DNA of 57,538 nt, the filler included, from Sanchytrium tribonematis (Eukaryota): assembly GCA_018985235.1 (NCBI GenBank). It is 6 parts of 6 records of this genome, joined end to end, with 100 filler letters (N's around TTAATTAATTAA, not from the genome) between each part and the next. Parts side by side here need not be neighbours in the genome. Positions count along the whole stretch, not along the records: positions 38,626 to 48,050 come from JADGIG010000329.1; positions 48,151 to 57,538 come from JADGIG010000330.1; 4 more parts are not named here. The stretch is one strand, 5' to 3'. Positions 47,001 through 57,538 of the stretch are shown one piece after another; the stretch's first letter is position 1; each line of letters starts with the position of its first letter. Both the position numbers and the translations under genes were made by a program. The notes under the pieces are model-generated. The model searched no databases, was not told where the DNA came from, and saw only the letters and a program-made list of their open reading frames with translations.

Positions 47001-48050
47001 CAATTATGTCAGAATATGGTATATCGTTCAAGCCAAACATAAAAGAAAATGCAGATTTCTGCATCTCCTTCTGCTGCCTTACGAACGGGACTTCCCACGC
47101 AATATATTCACTATTGATGATCAATGAGTTTCTAAAGCCATTATATTTTCTAAATTCGTCAAAAGAATGCAGCACATCGTTGACAAATACCCCATCTTTA
47201 CAATGCCACTTCCATTCTGAATTTTTAAATAGAAATGAAATACCACTGCTCCTATCCGGACAAATTGGAGTCTGGTTTGCAAACTTACTACCCAAAATGC
47301 GAACTCGAAGTGAAGCATCTTTTAAATTTAAATTAAAATTTCCATGGACCAGCCACCTTAGAATATCAAACCATTTCAGAGGCTCCTTTTGAAATGGAGA
47401 TTTGGGTTGCAATGCACCGAAACTTCTACTAACATATCTCAGTGCACTTTCATAACCTGGTCCATGGGTCATGTTCATCTCAGTATGTTCCAAGAGGTTC
47501 ATCTCGAAATTAATAAACAACTTTAAAGGTTGCCAAGATTTTCTGAGTTTGTAATCTAAAATCTCAATCTCAATTGTTTCGTCTATTTGACTCTCGTTAG
47601 TACCTAAAGCAAAAGTTCCAGATATAGAAAATGCATCCCTTCTATCGCCAATAATGCTCATTAATGGAAACATATAATTCCTCAATTTAACGACTGCTTT
47701 GCTTGCCGAAAAATGAAAATTTCTAAAAGCCTTAAATTCATAAAGATTCTGACTGTTTTCTACATTTTTCATAAAGCTCTGAAGGTCATAGGCTGGCGTT
47801 GTTTCCATTTGAAATTGGTCGAGAGCATATGTGAGCAATGGAATTTGAACAGGGGTCTTATCGCTGCTAAATGGCTTTATAAAATTCCTATACTCTCTAG
47901 AAATATCTTCTTTAAACATCTTATTTAGTTGAATATAATAATCGCTCATGTACTCCAACAGTTCATAGTATTTTTGTTTCAAATCTGCATTTTCCTCGAC
48001 AGAAAACTCCTTGTGCTGATTGTGATGTAACGGATTGCTATGCATGGTCT
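44077..48050 (-). CDS. Fmp27/Hobbit/BLTP2 bridge-like lipid transfer protein, C-terminal part (5' truncated)
   Basis: PAVAGIGVVDHFEVDIAPIRLQMT, MKMRA..N.TF..IRIP, EYQDKTWTYLDF (Apt1 region); LKWFDILR.LVHG. Confidence 0.85.
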
Positions 48051-48150
48051 NNNNNNNNNNNNNNNNNNNNNNNNNNNNNNNNNNNNNNNNNNNNTTAATT
48101 AATTAANNNNNNNNNNNNNNNNNNNNNNNNNNNNNNNNNNNNNNNNNNNN
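48051..48150. other. Artificial contig spacer
   Basis: 44N-TTAATTAATTAA-44N. Confidence 0.98.
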
Positions 48151-49032
48151 CCACCAACTTGTACCTTGCCCCTTAATTATTATAATTTACCATAGCCTAC
48201 ACTTTTCACAACCTACGCAATTCATGATTTCAGATATATTATAAAACTTTTGCTGCAAATTGATAAGAAAATTTCCTTTCAAGACTTTTTCATTAAAAAT
48301 AGAATATTTCATGGCTGGACATTCTTTTATAGAAAGTAGCAATTGATCGGTAAGAGATTTAATATGGAAATCTTCCCACTCATTCCCAGTTATTATATTT
48401 ATCATACTTTCTTTCATTTTGAATAACGATTTGGTCATCATGGTATAGAGGGCAAACATATTTTTAATTCGCTCAGGATATTTGCCGATCCTATCAGTAT
48501 AACAGGTTGAATTTGCTTTAAATGTCTCATCTTTATCATCAAAATATTCACCGCATACATGCATGCTAATAGACGTGTGTAATCCACTAATTAATTGATA
48601 AAATAACATTGTTTCTTTGCAGTAATACGCTGATTTTGTAAACTTCGAAGGGATGTCAAAACAATTTTCTTCGTAAATAGCATTCCATACTTGATGAGCA
48701 GAATCGCCAGCATATCCTGTGTATCTTTCCGGATTTTCTATAAGATCTATCACATACCCAGGATCTTCTTCTATATTACAAAACGGATTATTAATTTTGA
48801 TTTTTTCAATCTTGACAGTGTCAATGTCTACTTTTCTCTGCTGAACTGAGCAATCCTTTCGACTACACATTCCATCATCCACCCAAAATGGACAGTCTTG
48901 AAATAAGTTCACACTGACGAAACGGTAATAATCAGTAGCTATAAGAGATTGGAGTGTAGGGTAGATATGAGTATTAATATGCAGAAGATCTTGAATTTTA
49001 TCAGCAAAAAGTAAATTTGCAAATAAAATCAT
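48151..49032 (-). CDS. ERO1: ER oxidoreductin Ero1, with an intron, 3' truncated
   Basis: CPFW..DGMC, DLIENPERYTGY, ISGLHTSI, MNCVGCEKCRLW|GKVQ. Confidence 0.95.
48172..48190 (-). other. 19-nt spliceosomal intron GTAAATTATAATAATTAAG
   Basis: Restores CRLWGKVQ. Confidence 0.9.
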
Positions 49033-49105
49033 GTTTCAACTTTCAAATGTAATTCGGAAATACTTTAAAATGAGGTCAGAATTACTTCGAAGATGAATGG
49101 AGGCT

Positions 49106-49393
49106 TTATTTAGGTTTAGAACTAGGTGCTTTTCCTTGTTCTTTTTGAACTTGCTGACGGTATTGTTCAATGGCCTTTTCAACCCTCTCTTTTTCTTTGC
49201 TAATAAAATCAAGTCTCTTTCTCACATTTTGTACAGCTTCATCATTTTCTATCAAGGTAAGGCCAATTCCTCTAACTTTAAATACTTGGCATTCTTCATT
49301 TAACAGCTCCAATTCTTTCAGTACTAATTGATTTTCATTGATCTGGGTGGTTAGAGTATGTAAGCTTTGTATTTGTTTTTGAATGTCAGCCAT
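49106..49393 (-). CDS. Prefoldin subunit 6 (Yke2-like)
   Basis: Q.NEN..V.KEL, VFK..G, EA.QNVRKRLDFI..E. Confidence 0.85.
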   Translation of the reverse strand: MADIQKQIQSLHTLTTQINENQLVLKELELLNEECQVFKVRGIGLTLIENDEAVQNVRKRLDFISKEKERVEKAIEQYRQQVQKEQGKAPSSKPK

Positions 49394-49416
49394 TTTCTAA
49401 TTTTTGCTTGAAGGGG

Positions 49417-51132
49417 ATGGCACAATTAAATAAAAAATTCAAAGCTGAAAATTCATTTGAGTGCAACGTGGGAATATTCAAAAGTTTGAATGCAAATGTG
49501 ACACTCAAGGCAAACATTAAGAGTGAAGTGTTCGACTTCATTGTGAAGGAAGTTGATTTAACGAAAAATGTAGTTCAATTTAATCCTCTAGCAGAATTGC
49601 CAAATTTGCCTCAGACTGAAGAGGCAGAGAATTGGAAGAATACTGTTATAACGACTAACTCTGTATTTCAAAAGTACTACACAGCGGATGAGCTAGAAGA
49701 TTTGTCACAAAAAATTGAGACTATATTAAGTAATAAAAATGGTCAATTAGAATTGAAACCGATTAAAGACAAATTAGATAGAACAAGCATTCACAAATTG
49801 TTCAAGTCTGTGACTAATATACACTCGAAAGCTGATAATGGACTGATCAAAATTAAATACGGAAATGAAAGAGCCAAGGGACGATCTATTAACTGGAAAG
49901 AGCTGGGAGGAGACTTTTTACAATTCAGTCTGGCAAAGTCTAACATAGATACAATACAAGCAATAAGCGAGATCAGCAGAAAATCAAAATTAACCACAAA
50001 GAATTTTTCGTACGCTGGCACAAAAGATAAAAAGGGATGCACAGTCCAAAATGTGAGAGTGTATAAAACTTTACATACCAAGCTACTTAATTTGAAATTT
50101 CAGTTTGATAATGAGTTTAAAAAAATTGCATTGAGCAATTTTGAATATAGATCTAAGCAATTGCGATTAGGCGATATTTATGGAAATAACTTTACTGTTG
50201 TTTTACGTGAAATTACGCTAAAAAGTACGAGAGACATAAGCGATGATCGCATTTCAATCTTAAATGATTCTTTCGAGCATTTAAAGCAATTTGGCTTCAT
50301 AAACTATTTTGGGCTTCAAAGATTTGGCCATTCGTCTGTTGGCACAGAAGAATTTGGGAAATTGGTTTTACTAAAGGATTGGAAAGGATTAATAGACCTA
50401 CTGCTTAAACCAAGATCCAACGAGACAGAAAAAGTAATGGTAGCTAGACATAACTTTTCCTTAAATCAAGACTTTGAGGAAGCTCTCAAACTATTTCCGA
50501 GAGCCTGCCTGGCAGAAAGATCAATCTTGATGCATTTGAAAGATAACAGGAATGATTTTTATGGAGCATTTATGAAAATTCCTCGAAATTTAAGAACTTT
50601 GTACGCACATGCGTTCCAGTCCTATATTTTCAATCACATGGTGAGCAAAAGACTGGAACTGTACGGTAATAAGCTAGTTGAAGGAGATTTAGTCATAGAT
50701 TGTACAAACGAAACAGATAGACACGATAACGGTGTCAAGTCAATTATTCCTTTAATAATTACGTCCGAAAATATTGGGAAATTCAGTATTTATGATTGTG
50801 TGTTGCCTTGCCCTGGATCAGAAACTATGTATCCTTCAAATATGGAAAGATATTATGAAGATTTTTTAGAATCTCAGAATTTGAACACCGAAATTTGGGA
50901 AGATGATTCGCAATTAAATTTATCAGGCACATATCGCCATATCGTTGCAAGGGCCGAAGATCTCAAATGGAAAATATTTAAATACAATGACATCCAACCC
51001 ACAGAACGGATATTTCAGCATGATGCAGTTGACTTTGACATAGCTGATGGCAAAAATTTAGGAGTCAAAGTTCAAGTTACCTTAAAAACGTCAAGCTACG
51101 TCACCATGATGTTAAGGGAAATTATTTGTTGA
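49417..51132 (+). CDS. PUS7: Pseudouridine synthase Pus7/TruD family
   Basis: YAGTKDK, LGDIYGNNFTVVLR, GFINYFGLQRFG, HAFQSYIFN, SSYVTMMLRE. Confidence 0.93.
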   Translation: MAQLNKKFKAENSFECNVGIFKSLNANVTLKANIKSEVFDFIVKEVDLTKNVVQFNPLAELPNLPQTEEAENWKNTVITTNSVFQKYYTADELEDLSQKIETILSNKNGQLELKPIKDKLDRTSIHKLFKSVTNIHSKADNGLIKIKYGNERAKGRSINWKELGGDFLQFSLAKSNIDTIQAISEISRKSKLTTKNFSYAGTKDKKGCTVQNVRVYKTLHTKLLNLKFQFDNEFKKIALSNFEYRSKQLRLGDIYGNNFTVVLREITLKSTRDISDDRISILNDSFEHLKQFGFINYFGLQRFGHSSVGTEEFGKLVLLKDWKGLIDLLLKPRSNETEKVMVARHNFSLNQDFEEALKLFPRACLAERSILMHLKDNRNDFYGAFMKIPRNLRTLYAHAFQSYIFNHMVSKRLELYGNKLVEGDLVIDCTNETDRHDNGVKSIIPLIITSENIGKFSIYDCVLPCPGSETMYPSNMERYYEDFLESQNLNTEIWEDDSQLNLSGTYRHIVARAEDLKWKIFKYNDIQPTERIFQHDAVDFDIADGKNLGVKVQVTLKTSSYVTMMLREIIC

Positions 51133-51281
51133 ATAAATTTTTTGAACATTGAGATTTCCATATTCTGTTCTAAATTTAACAATTTAATTTCAATCTTAAA
51201 ATTTAACTCTTCCCCGGCCACATGTTTTTTTGGATTTTAAAGAAAACAATTGTGAAAACCGAAAACACCCCTTTTTGATAA

Positions 51282-53571
51282 ATGAACCAAACCGTTAATC
51301 AATTAATTGTCGTTAGCAATCGGTTGCCTATTACCATAAAAGCCGAAAAGGATGGTTCTTTTAAATACAGCATGTCCTCTGGAGGTCTTGTTAGTGCTTT
51401 GAGTGGATTAGCAAAAGAAATGACATTCAAATGGATTGGTTGGACAGGAATCGAAATTCCTAAAGAGAAACAGGCCCAAGTTATTAGGGAGTTGGCAGAT
51501 TTAAATTGTGTTCCGGTTTTTATGCCAGACGATGTCGCAGAATTATTTTACAATGGATTTAGTAATTCAATTATTTGGCCATTGTTCCATTATACACCGG
51601 GAGATCTTAACTTTGATAATAGCATGTGGGAAGCGTATAAGCATGCGAATCATCTATTTGCTGATACTTTGAGAGAAATTGTTACTGAGAAGGATATGAT
51701 TTGGGTTCAAGACTATCATCTTATGTTATTACCCGAAATGTTACGGCGGCATAACCCTTATTGTCACATTGGATTTTTCTTACACACCCCATTTCCAAGT
51801 AGTGAGGTCTATCGAATCTTACCCGTTCGAACTGAAATTTTACATGGCTTATTAAATTGTAGTTTGATAGGATTTCACACATTTGATTATGCGAGGCATT
51901 TTTTGAGTAGCTGTACTCGAATTTTGGGTTTACAAACATCACCAAATAGTGTTGAGTATAAAGACAGGCGTGTTGCAGTTGGTGTATTCCCAATTGGAAT
52001 TGACCCCGATAAATTCAAAGAAGGATTGACAGAAAACGAAAACATTAAAAAAAGAATTTCTAGTTTGAAAGCCAAGTTTGGAGATGTCAAAATTATGGTT
52101 GGTGTTGATAGATTGGATTATATTAAAGGTGTGCCGCAAAAGCTACATGCTTTCGATGCTTTTCTTAGCAAGCATCCCGAATGGATTGAAAAAGTGATTT
52201 TGGTTCAAGTAGCTGTGCCATCTAGAACAGATGTAGAAGAATATATACAATTGAGAAACAACGTGAACCAACTAGTTGGAGAGATCAACGGTAAGTACGG
52301 TACAATTGAATTCAGCCCAATTCACTTTTTGAACAAGTCAGTTAATTTTGAGGAATTGACAGCTTTGTACGCAGCCAGTGATGTATGTTTAGTAACTTCT
52401 ACCAGAGATGGAATGAATTTAGTAAGCTACGAGTATATTTGCTGTCAGGCAAACAAACATGGCGTCCTTGTACTGAGCGAGTTTGCGGGTGCTGCACAAT
52501 CAATGAATGGAGCTATAATAGTTAATCCCTGGAACACTGAAGAGCTGGCGCAGGCCTACAATGACGCACTTACAATGACTCCTGAAAACAAAAAATTAAA
52601 CCACGAGAAACTTTATAGATATGTTAACAAATATACGGCCGCTTATTGGGGTGTTAGTTTTGTGAACGACTTCAAGAGAGTAATAGAGGAATCTGAGAAT
52701 CATGGAGAACTGAAGCTCTTGCAACCTAGTTTGGTTTTGCAAAACTTTTCCAAGGATGGTAAAAAGGTCATTTTGCTTGATTATGATGGGACATTGACAT
52801 CAACAAATAAGATGCCTGAATTTGCAAGTCCTTCGGCTCACTTGCTGTCATCATTAACTCGACTTTCAAACATGGAAAATGTTTATGTCTACATCTTGAG
52901 TGGTAGAAGTAGAAGCTCATTAGATAAATGGTTTGGAGAGACAGGAATTGGACTAGTAGCGGAACATGGCTGCTTTTATAGACATCCGCAAAAAATTAGA
53001 GGTGATTTAACTCCAACTGGCGATACAATATTGATGCAAGAAAAGCAAGCAAAGCCTTCGTTAATCGATGACAAGTGGATCAGACTAGTAGATGAAATCG
53101 ATATGAGCTATCGCGAAACTATTCGACCATTATTTGAACACTTTCTCGAACGTACTCCAGGCAGTTACATTGAGGAAAAGGAGGTATTTTCGATTGATTT
53201 AGATAAATATAACTTGGCACTACAAAAATGCTGATCCCGAGTTTGGGAGATGGCAGGCGGCAGAACTACAAGTCAATCTGGAGAAATTACTTTCTCACAT
53301 CCCTTTAAGCATTGTGTTATCTCAAAAGTGTCTTGAACTTAGACCCTGCAATATTGACAAAGCCATTGCCTCCAAATCCATTTTGCATGATCTGGGTACT
53401 AATGACTTTGTTCTTTGTGTTGGTGACGGTAAAACAGATGAAGCAGTTTTTGAATTACTTGCAGATCAAAAGTCAATCACCGCAACTGTTGGTAAGAAAC
53501 GCAGTACGGCTCAGTATTATCTGGAAGACGTATATGCTGTACAGGATTTGCTTGATTTGTTAATTCAATAA
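51282..53571 (+). CDS. Trehalose-6-phosphate synthase/phosphatase fusion, two exons, 756 aa
   Basis: VSNRLP, DYHL, HTPFPS, VDRLDYIKG, RDGMNLV; HAD motifs LDYDGTL and GDGKTDE; splicing gives EEKEINITWHYKNADPEFG. Confidence 0.95.
53184..53202 (+). other. 19-nt spliceosomal intron GTATTTTCGATTGATTTAG
   Basis: Restores the TPP WHY..ADPEFG motif and joins the ORFs. Confidence 0.92.
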
Positions 53572-53573
53572 AT

Positions 53574-56500
53574 CTATTTACTTGAAAACCGTTCTACATT
53601 GCTCATTCCATCTTTAAATTTGGTTTTAAATAATACATCTGCGTTGGTAAACATGCCTTCTTTCAAACTGACAACAATAAACTGGGAGCCACTGAATCTG
53701 GTTCTCAAAATTTGACCAATATTCTGAGTGTGGGATAAATCCAGAGCTAAATAAAAATTAATGTACCAGCATCAACTTCGTCCAATACATAAAGTGGCGA
53801 GGTCTTGAATTTCAAAAGACTCAAAATTAAAGAGATGGCCACAAGTGAACGCTGACCACCACTTAATTCACTTAAGGATTCCTTCCATTTGCTGTTTAAT
53901 TGGACTTTAATTTCACAACCGTCCACAACGCCAGATGGGGAAGGCACAAGCCGAGCTGTAGATCCAGGCAGAATCCCTGCTAGTATTTGACCAAAAGAGT
54001 CAGTGACTTGTTTCCAGGTGGAATCAACTGCTGTCAACTTATGTTTGTCAAGCTCTTCAATAGCTCCCTCGATCTTAATTTTATCGCTCTGGACAGTCTT
54101 GAGCATTCCACCGAGTTTCAACTCTTCCTGTTCAGCAACATCTATCATACTCATTACCTGTTGGTTAACATTGACTTTCAGCTTATCGTGCAATTCCTGC
54201 AGCCGATCAAGTTCTTCTTTTTGAGAGTCAAGGTTGTCATTAATTTCAATTTTTAAAGGGTTCCGTTTTTCCAGCTCCACTATACGCTTTTTTGTTTTGG
54301 ATAATTCGTCCCTCCAAACTTTACATTGGTGAGTAATTTCTTTCTCTTTAACTTCTAAATCTTCAACCTGAGAAGTATAAGTTTGTTTTGAGTTATTCAA
54401 GATATTAATTTCGTGTTTGTATTCATTACTTTGAGCAATCGCTTGATTATAGGTTTCTTCGATTGTGACAAATTTTGATTTCAAACCTTGCAATTCAAGT
54501 TCTATTTTGCTTCTCTCGCGATTAAGTTCCTGAGATTGAAAGTTAAGCTCCGAAAATTTAGACTCGCAATTCTTGATATCACTGTCAAATTGCTGTTCAA
54601 CAGATTGAAAGTTTTCATAGGTATTTTGAATAATTTCATAGTTTTTAAGTGCAAAATTGTATTCGTGCTGAACTTTGGCAATGTCTTGTTTAATTTGTTG
54701 TGCATTTCCCTGTTGTTTGGTGAGTTTTTGGGCATTTTGGCAGCTTTCAAGCTCTTTTTGAATTTCCAAAAATTCCTCCTTTTTGGTGTTCAGTAATTTC
54801 AAATGTTCCTCGCCGTCGAGCTTGGCCTGGGCATGATTGCCTTGATGCCTTTCTTTTTCAACCATGGTAAACTCTCTCAATTTTTCTTGTAAAATCAGCT
54901 GATAGTCATGCAGAGTTCTGGATTTTGTTTGCAATTTATGTTTTGCCTGTTGGACGGAGTCTTTTTTTAAATTCAAAGTAGACATTTGGTTCTCTAAAAT
55001 ATGGATTTGATTAAAACGTTGCATTAAGAGCTCTTTAGGTTTTCCACCTCCACTAACTGTCCCACTTGGGTCGTAAACATCTCCCTGTAACGTTATGCAC
55101 TTCATCAGTACGTTTTTGTCGAAAGCAACCTGTTCGGCAACCTTGCTAGATTCTGCAAAGAGTACATTACCAAAACAATAATCTATGCATTTTCGATACT
55201 CCTCAGGATAATTTATAATATCATGAACCGAGTAAATTTTATCACTTATCCTCTTGGCATATTCTACCTTTGACATTGTGATAGACTTAGACTGAAGAGT
55301 GTTCATGGGGACGAAACTAGTTCGCATTTCAAGTTTAATATTCTTTAAAATGAATGCGGCAACTTCATCTGTTGAAACAACACAATGCTTTAATTTGTTA
55401 CCTCCTGCTATTGATATTGCAAGATTAAACTTATCGTCGCATGAAATAAAAGTCCCAATACAACCAAAAATGTTATTTTTTAAATTAGGATATTTTAGTG
55501 GCAAATCCTGTAAAAAATAGACACCGCGCAGAGGACGCTTTAATTGAAAAATTTGTGACTCGACCTGTTTAAAGCTTTGTTCCAGTTTTTTAACTTCTTG
55601 GTCATGTTTCAAGTCTTGAGCATTAAAGTTGCCAAATTGAGCTGTCAAGCCTGTTAGCAGAAGCTGCACTTGACTCTTGAAATCTTCGAGTTTAAGCGGG
55701 TCGTTGCCATTGAAATGCCGAATTTCATCAGTTATTTTCTGGGATTGATCTATGATTCTTGACTTTGCCTGTTCCAGATCACGCAGATGTTTGTCAGCCT
55801 TGTCAAATCGGGACTTATGAAAGGAACCCCATTCTTTTTCGAGCAGCTTCAATTCATTTTGAACATTCTCAAAAGCCGAATGGGTCTTCTTCAATTTTTG
55901 ATTTATGCGCTCTATTTCAACATCTAACTCTCCATTTACCATACTTGAAAGAATTTGCAGCTGTTGCTCTGAATTTTCTTTTTCAGATTTGAGCTGGTCA
56001 AATTGCCTTTGAACATCAGATTTTGAGTGCAAATGAGACTCGAACTGAATTTTTAAGTCGGCCAATTTTTTACCCTCGTCACACTTCTCCTGAGATAGCA
56101 CACTTAAGTCTTTAAGCAACATATTCAGATTGGTTTCTTGTTTTGTTATCTTATTCTGGGTATCCTTGTGCTGGCGTTCCAGGCTTTTGTCGACCAAGTT
56201 GGTAGTATTTTTGGTTTTTAGCAACTTCATTTTATCTAAAATTTCAGTGATTTTGGATGCGAGAAGATTTTTTTCCATAGTTAATTGCTCAATATGGATC
56301 TCTTTCTCCTTATATTCGGCGTCTACTTTCTCAAAATGGCTAAGTCTCAAGCTATATTCCAGATTCATGACATACTTGGTTTTTTCTTCCAGTTCCACTG
56401 AAACTCGTTTCAATTCCATATAATCGTTTCTTTGTTTTTGATATTGCTGAATTTTAGGCAGTAAATCATTTTCTAGCGTATCTTGAATTTCCTGAACTTT

Positions 56501-57073
56501 TTGATCTTTTTTACTTAATACTTTCTCAGCACTCTCCTTACGCTGCTCATAATGCAAAGTTCCAGCTGCTTCTTTTAATAATAAAGAGAGTTCGTGGGGC
56601 TTCATCATAATAATTTTGGTGATTTTACCTTGAAAAATGATAAAATTATTTGGAGTAGCCGGATTTAAACCAATCGATGCAAAGAGGTTGTGAATGTTGA
56701 CATTATTGATAGAATTCCCATTCAATAGATACTTGGTCTTGTTCGGAAGAGAGCAGATTCGTGTTACGATAATTTCGTCAAGATTTTCAAATCCAGCAGG
56801 ACTTTTCGTCTTATCCTGATTGTTAAAAGTTAAAGATACAGACGCTCTTTTAATGTGAGCATTTCCTTGCTTGTAAATAAGGTCACTTAAATGTGTACAT
56901 CTCATTAACGACAAATCTCGGCAACCTATTACAAAAGTGATGGCATCCAAAATATTTGACTTTCCGGAACCATTTAAGCCAGAAATACAATTGAAATTGG
57001 CAGAAAATGGCCCAATTGTGGTTTTTGTGCTGTATGATTTAAATCCATCAACATCAATTTTTTCCAAAAACAT
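53574..57073 (-). CDS. SMC2: Condensin subunit Smc2, two exons, 1159 aa
   Basis: [12 protein letters not shown], hinge [24 protein letters not shown]; splicing gives [17 protein letters not shown]...[12 protein letters not shown]. Confidence 0.96.
53747..53766 (-). other. 20-nt spliceosomal intron GTACATTAATTTTTATTTAG
   Basis: Restores the SMC Walker B/D-loop DEVDAALD. Confidence 0.93.
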
Positions 57074-57243
57074 TTTGGAAAGTGGTGCTACAAAGGAGTT
57101 ATCGCCATATTTGACAATAAATAGTAAATTTATTACATATCACCTCACAACAAGGGCAACGGGTTTTCTTAAATGTGTTTGATAACTATCTTTATCGCCG
57201 ATCTTCGTAATTTTGTTTTGAATTAAAATTTTCCTCCTTCAAA

Positions 57244-57538
57244 ATGTTGCAACAACGGAAACAAATTTTAAAAGAAATCGAATCAAGTAAATTTGATCTT
57301 GATCATGCAAATCAATACCATCCAGGTCTAGTTATCCTTACGCTTGTTCCATTCATGGAACACTCAAAAACAGAAACGTCTCTAACTTATTTGGAAATTA
57401 TATTAAAACTAATTGAAACTCATACTTTGGAGGATTTGCTAATACCAAAACAGAGAGACGTCATTATAACATACATCATTACGCTACCAGAGAGACTGCC
57501 ACTGGCCTGGAAAAATGACAATTATTACAGCTATATTT
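57244..57538 (+). CDS. Hypothetical helical protein, runs off the window end
   Basis: Open frame from ATG 57244 (MLQQRKQILKEIE...), divergent from SMC2. Confidence 0.55.
   Translation, partial: MLQQRKQILKEIESSKFDLDHANQYHPGLVILTLVPFMEHSKTETSLTYLEIILKLIETHTLEDLLIPKQRDVIITYIITLPERLPLAWKNDNYYSYI

Noticed and set aside
34586..53766. Sequencing frameshifts or pseudogenisation as the cause of the split housekeeping genes
   Set aside because: Every break is an exact GTA...AG insert of 19-20 nt with a shared 3' consensus, and its removal restores conserved residues.
41075..57182. Numerous 60-170-aa ORFs antisense to or nested in MIP1, FMP27, PUS7, TPS and SMC2
   Set aside because: They are shadow frames of long real genes with no motifs, many with non-ATG starts.

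Overview
This is eukaryotic, AT-rich DNA from a highly compacted genome. It is most likely an early-diverging, flagellum-bearing (zoosporic) fungus or close relative, an inference from a fungal-type H4, GID4/VID24, MIP1, TPS and an IFT20-like gene. The window is six unrelated contigs in descending size order (1-9650, 9751-19348, 19449-28974, 29075-38525, 38626-48050, 48151-57538), joined by artificial 100-nt spacers (44N-TTAATTAATTAA-44N), so adjacency across spacers is not biological. Contig 1 is a nested transposon graveyard (Ty3/gypsy, LINE, pogo, Harbinger). Contig 2 has three host genes followed by a decayed island with a Crypton-like tyrosine recombinase tail-to-tail with a RuvC-like Holliday-junction resolvase. 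Contigs 3-6 are densely packed housekeeping genes. The main signal is a set of 19-20-nt GT-AG introns (six strong, one probable) with an invariant T at -8 and A at -6, all in the 3' part of genes. Alongside this are stop codons fused to AATAAA, 8-10-residue signal peptides and a TTGAAAC motif just before start codons.
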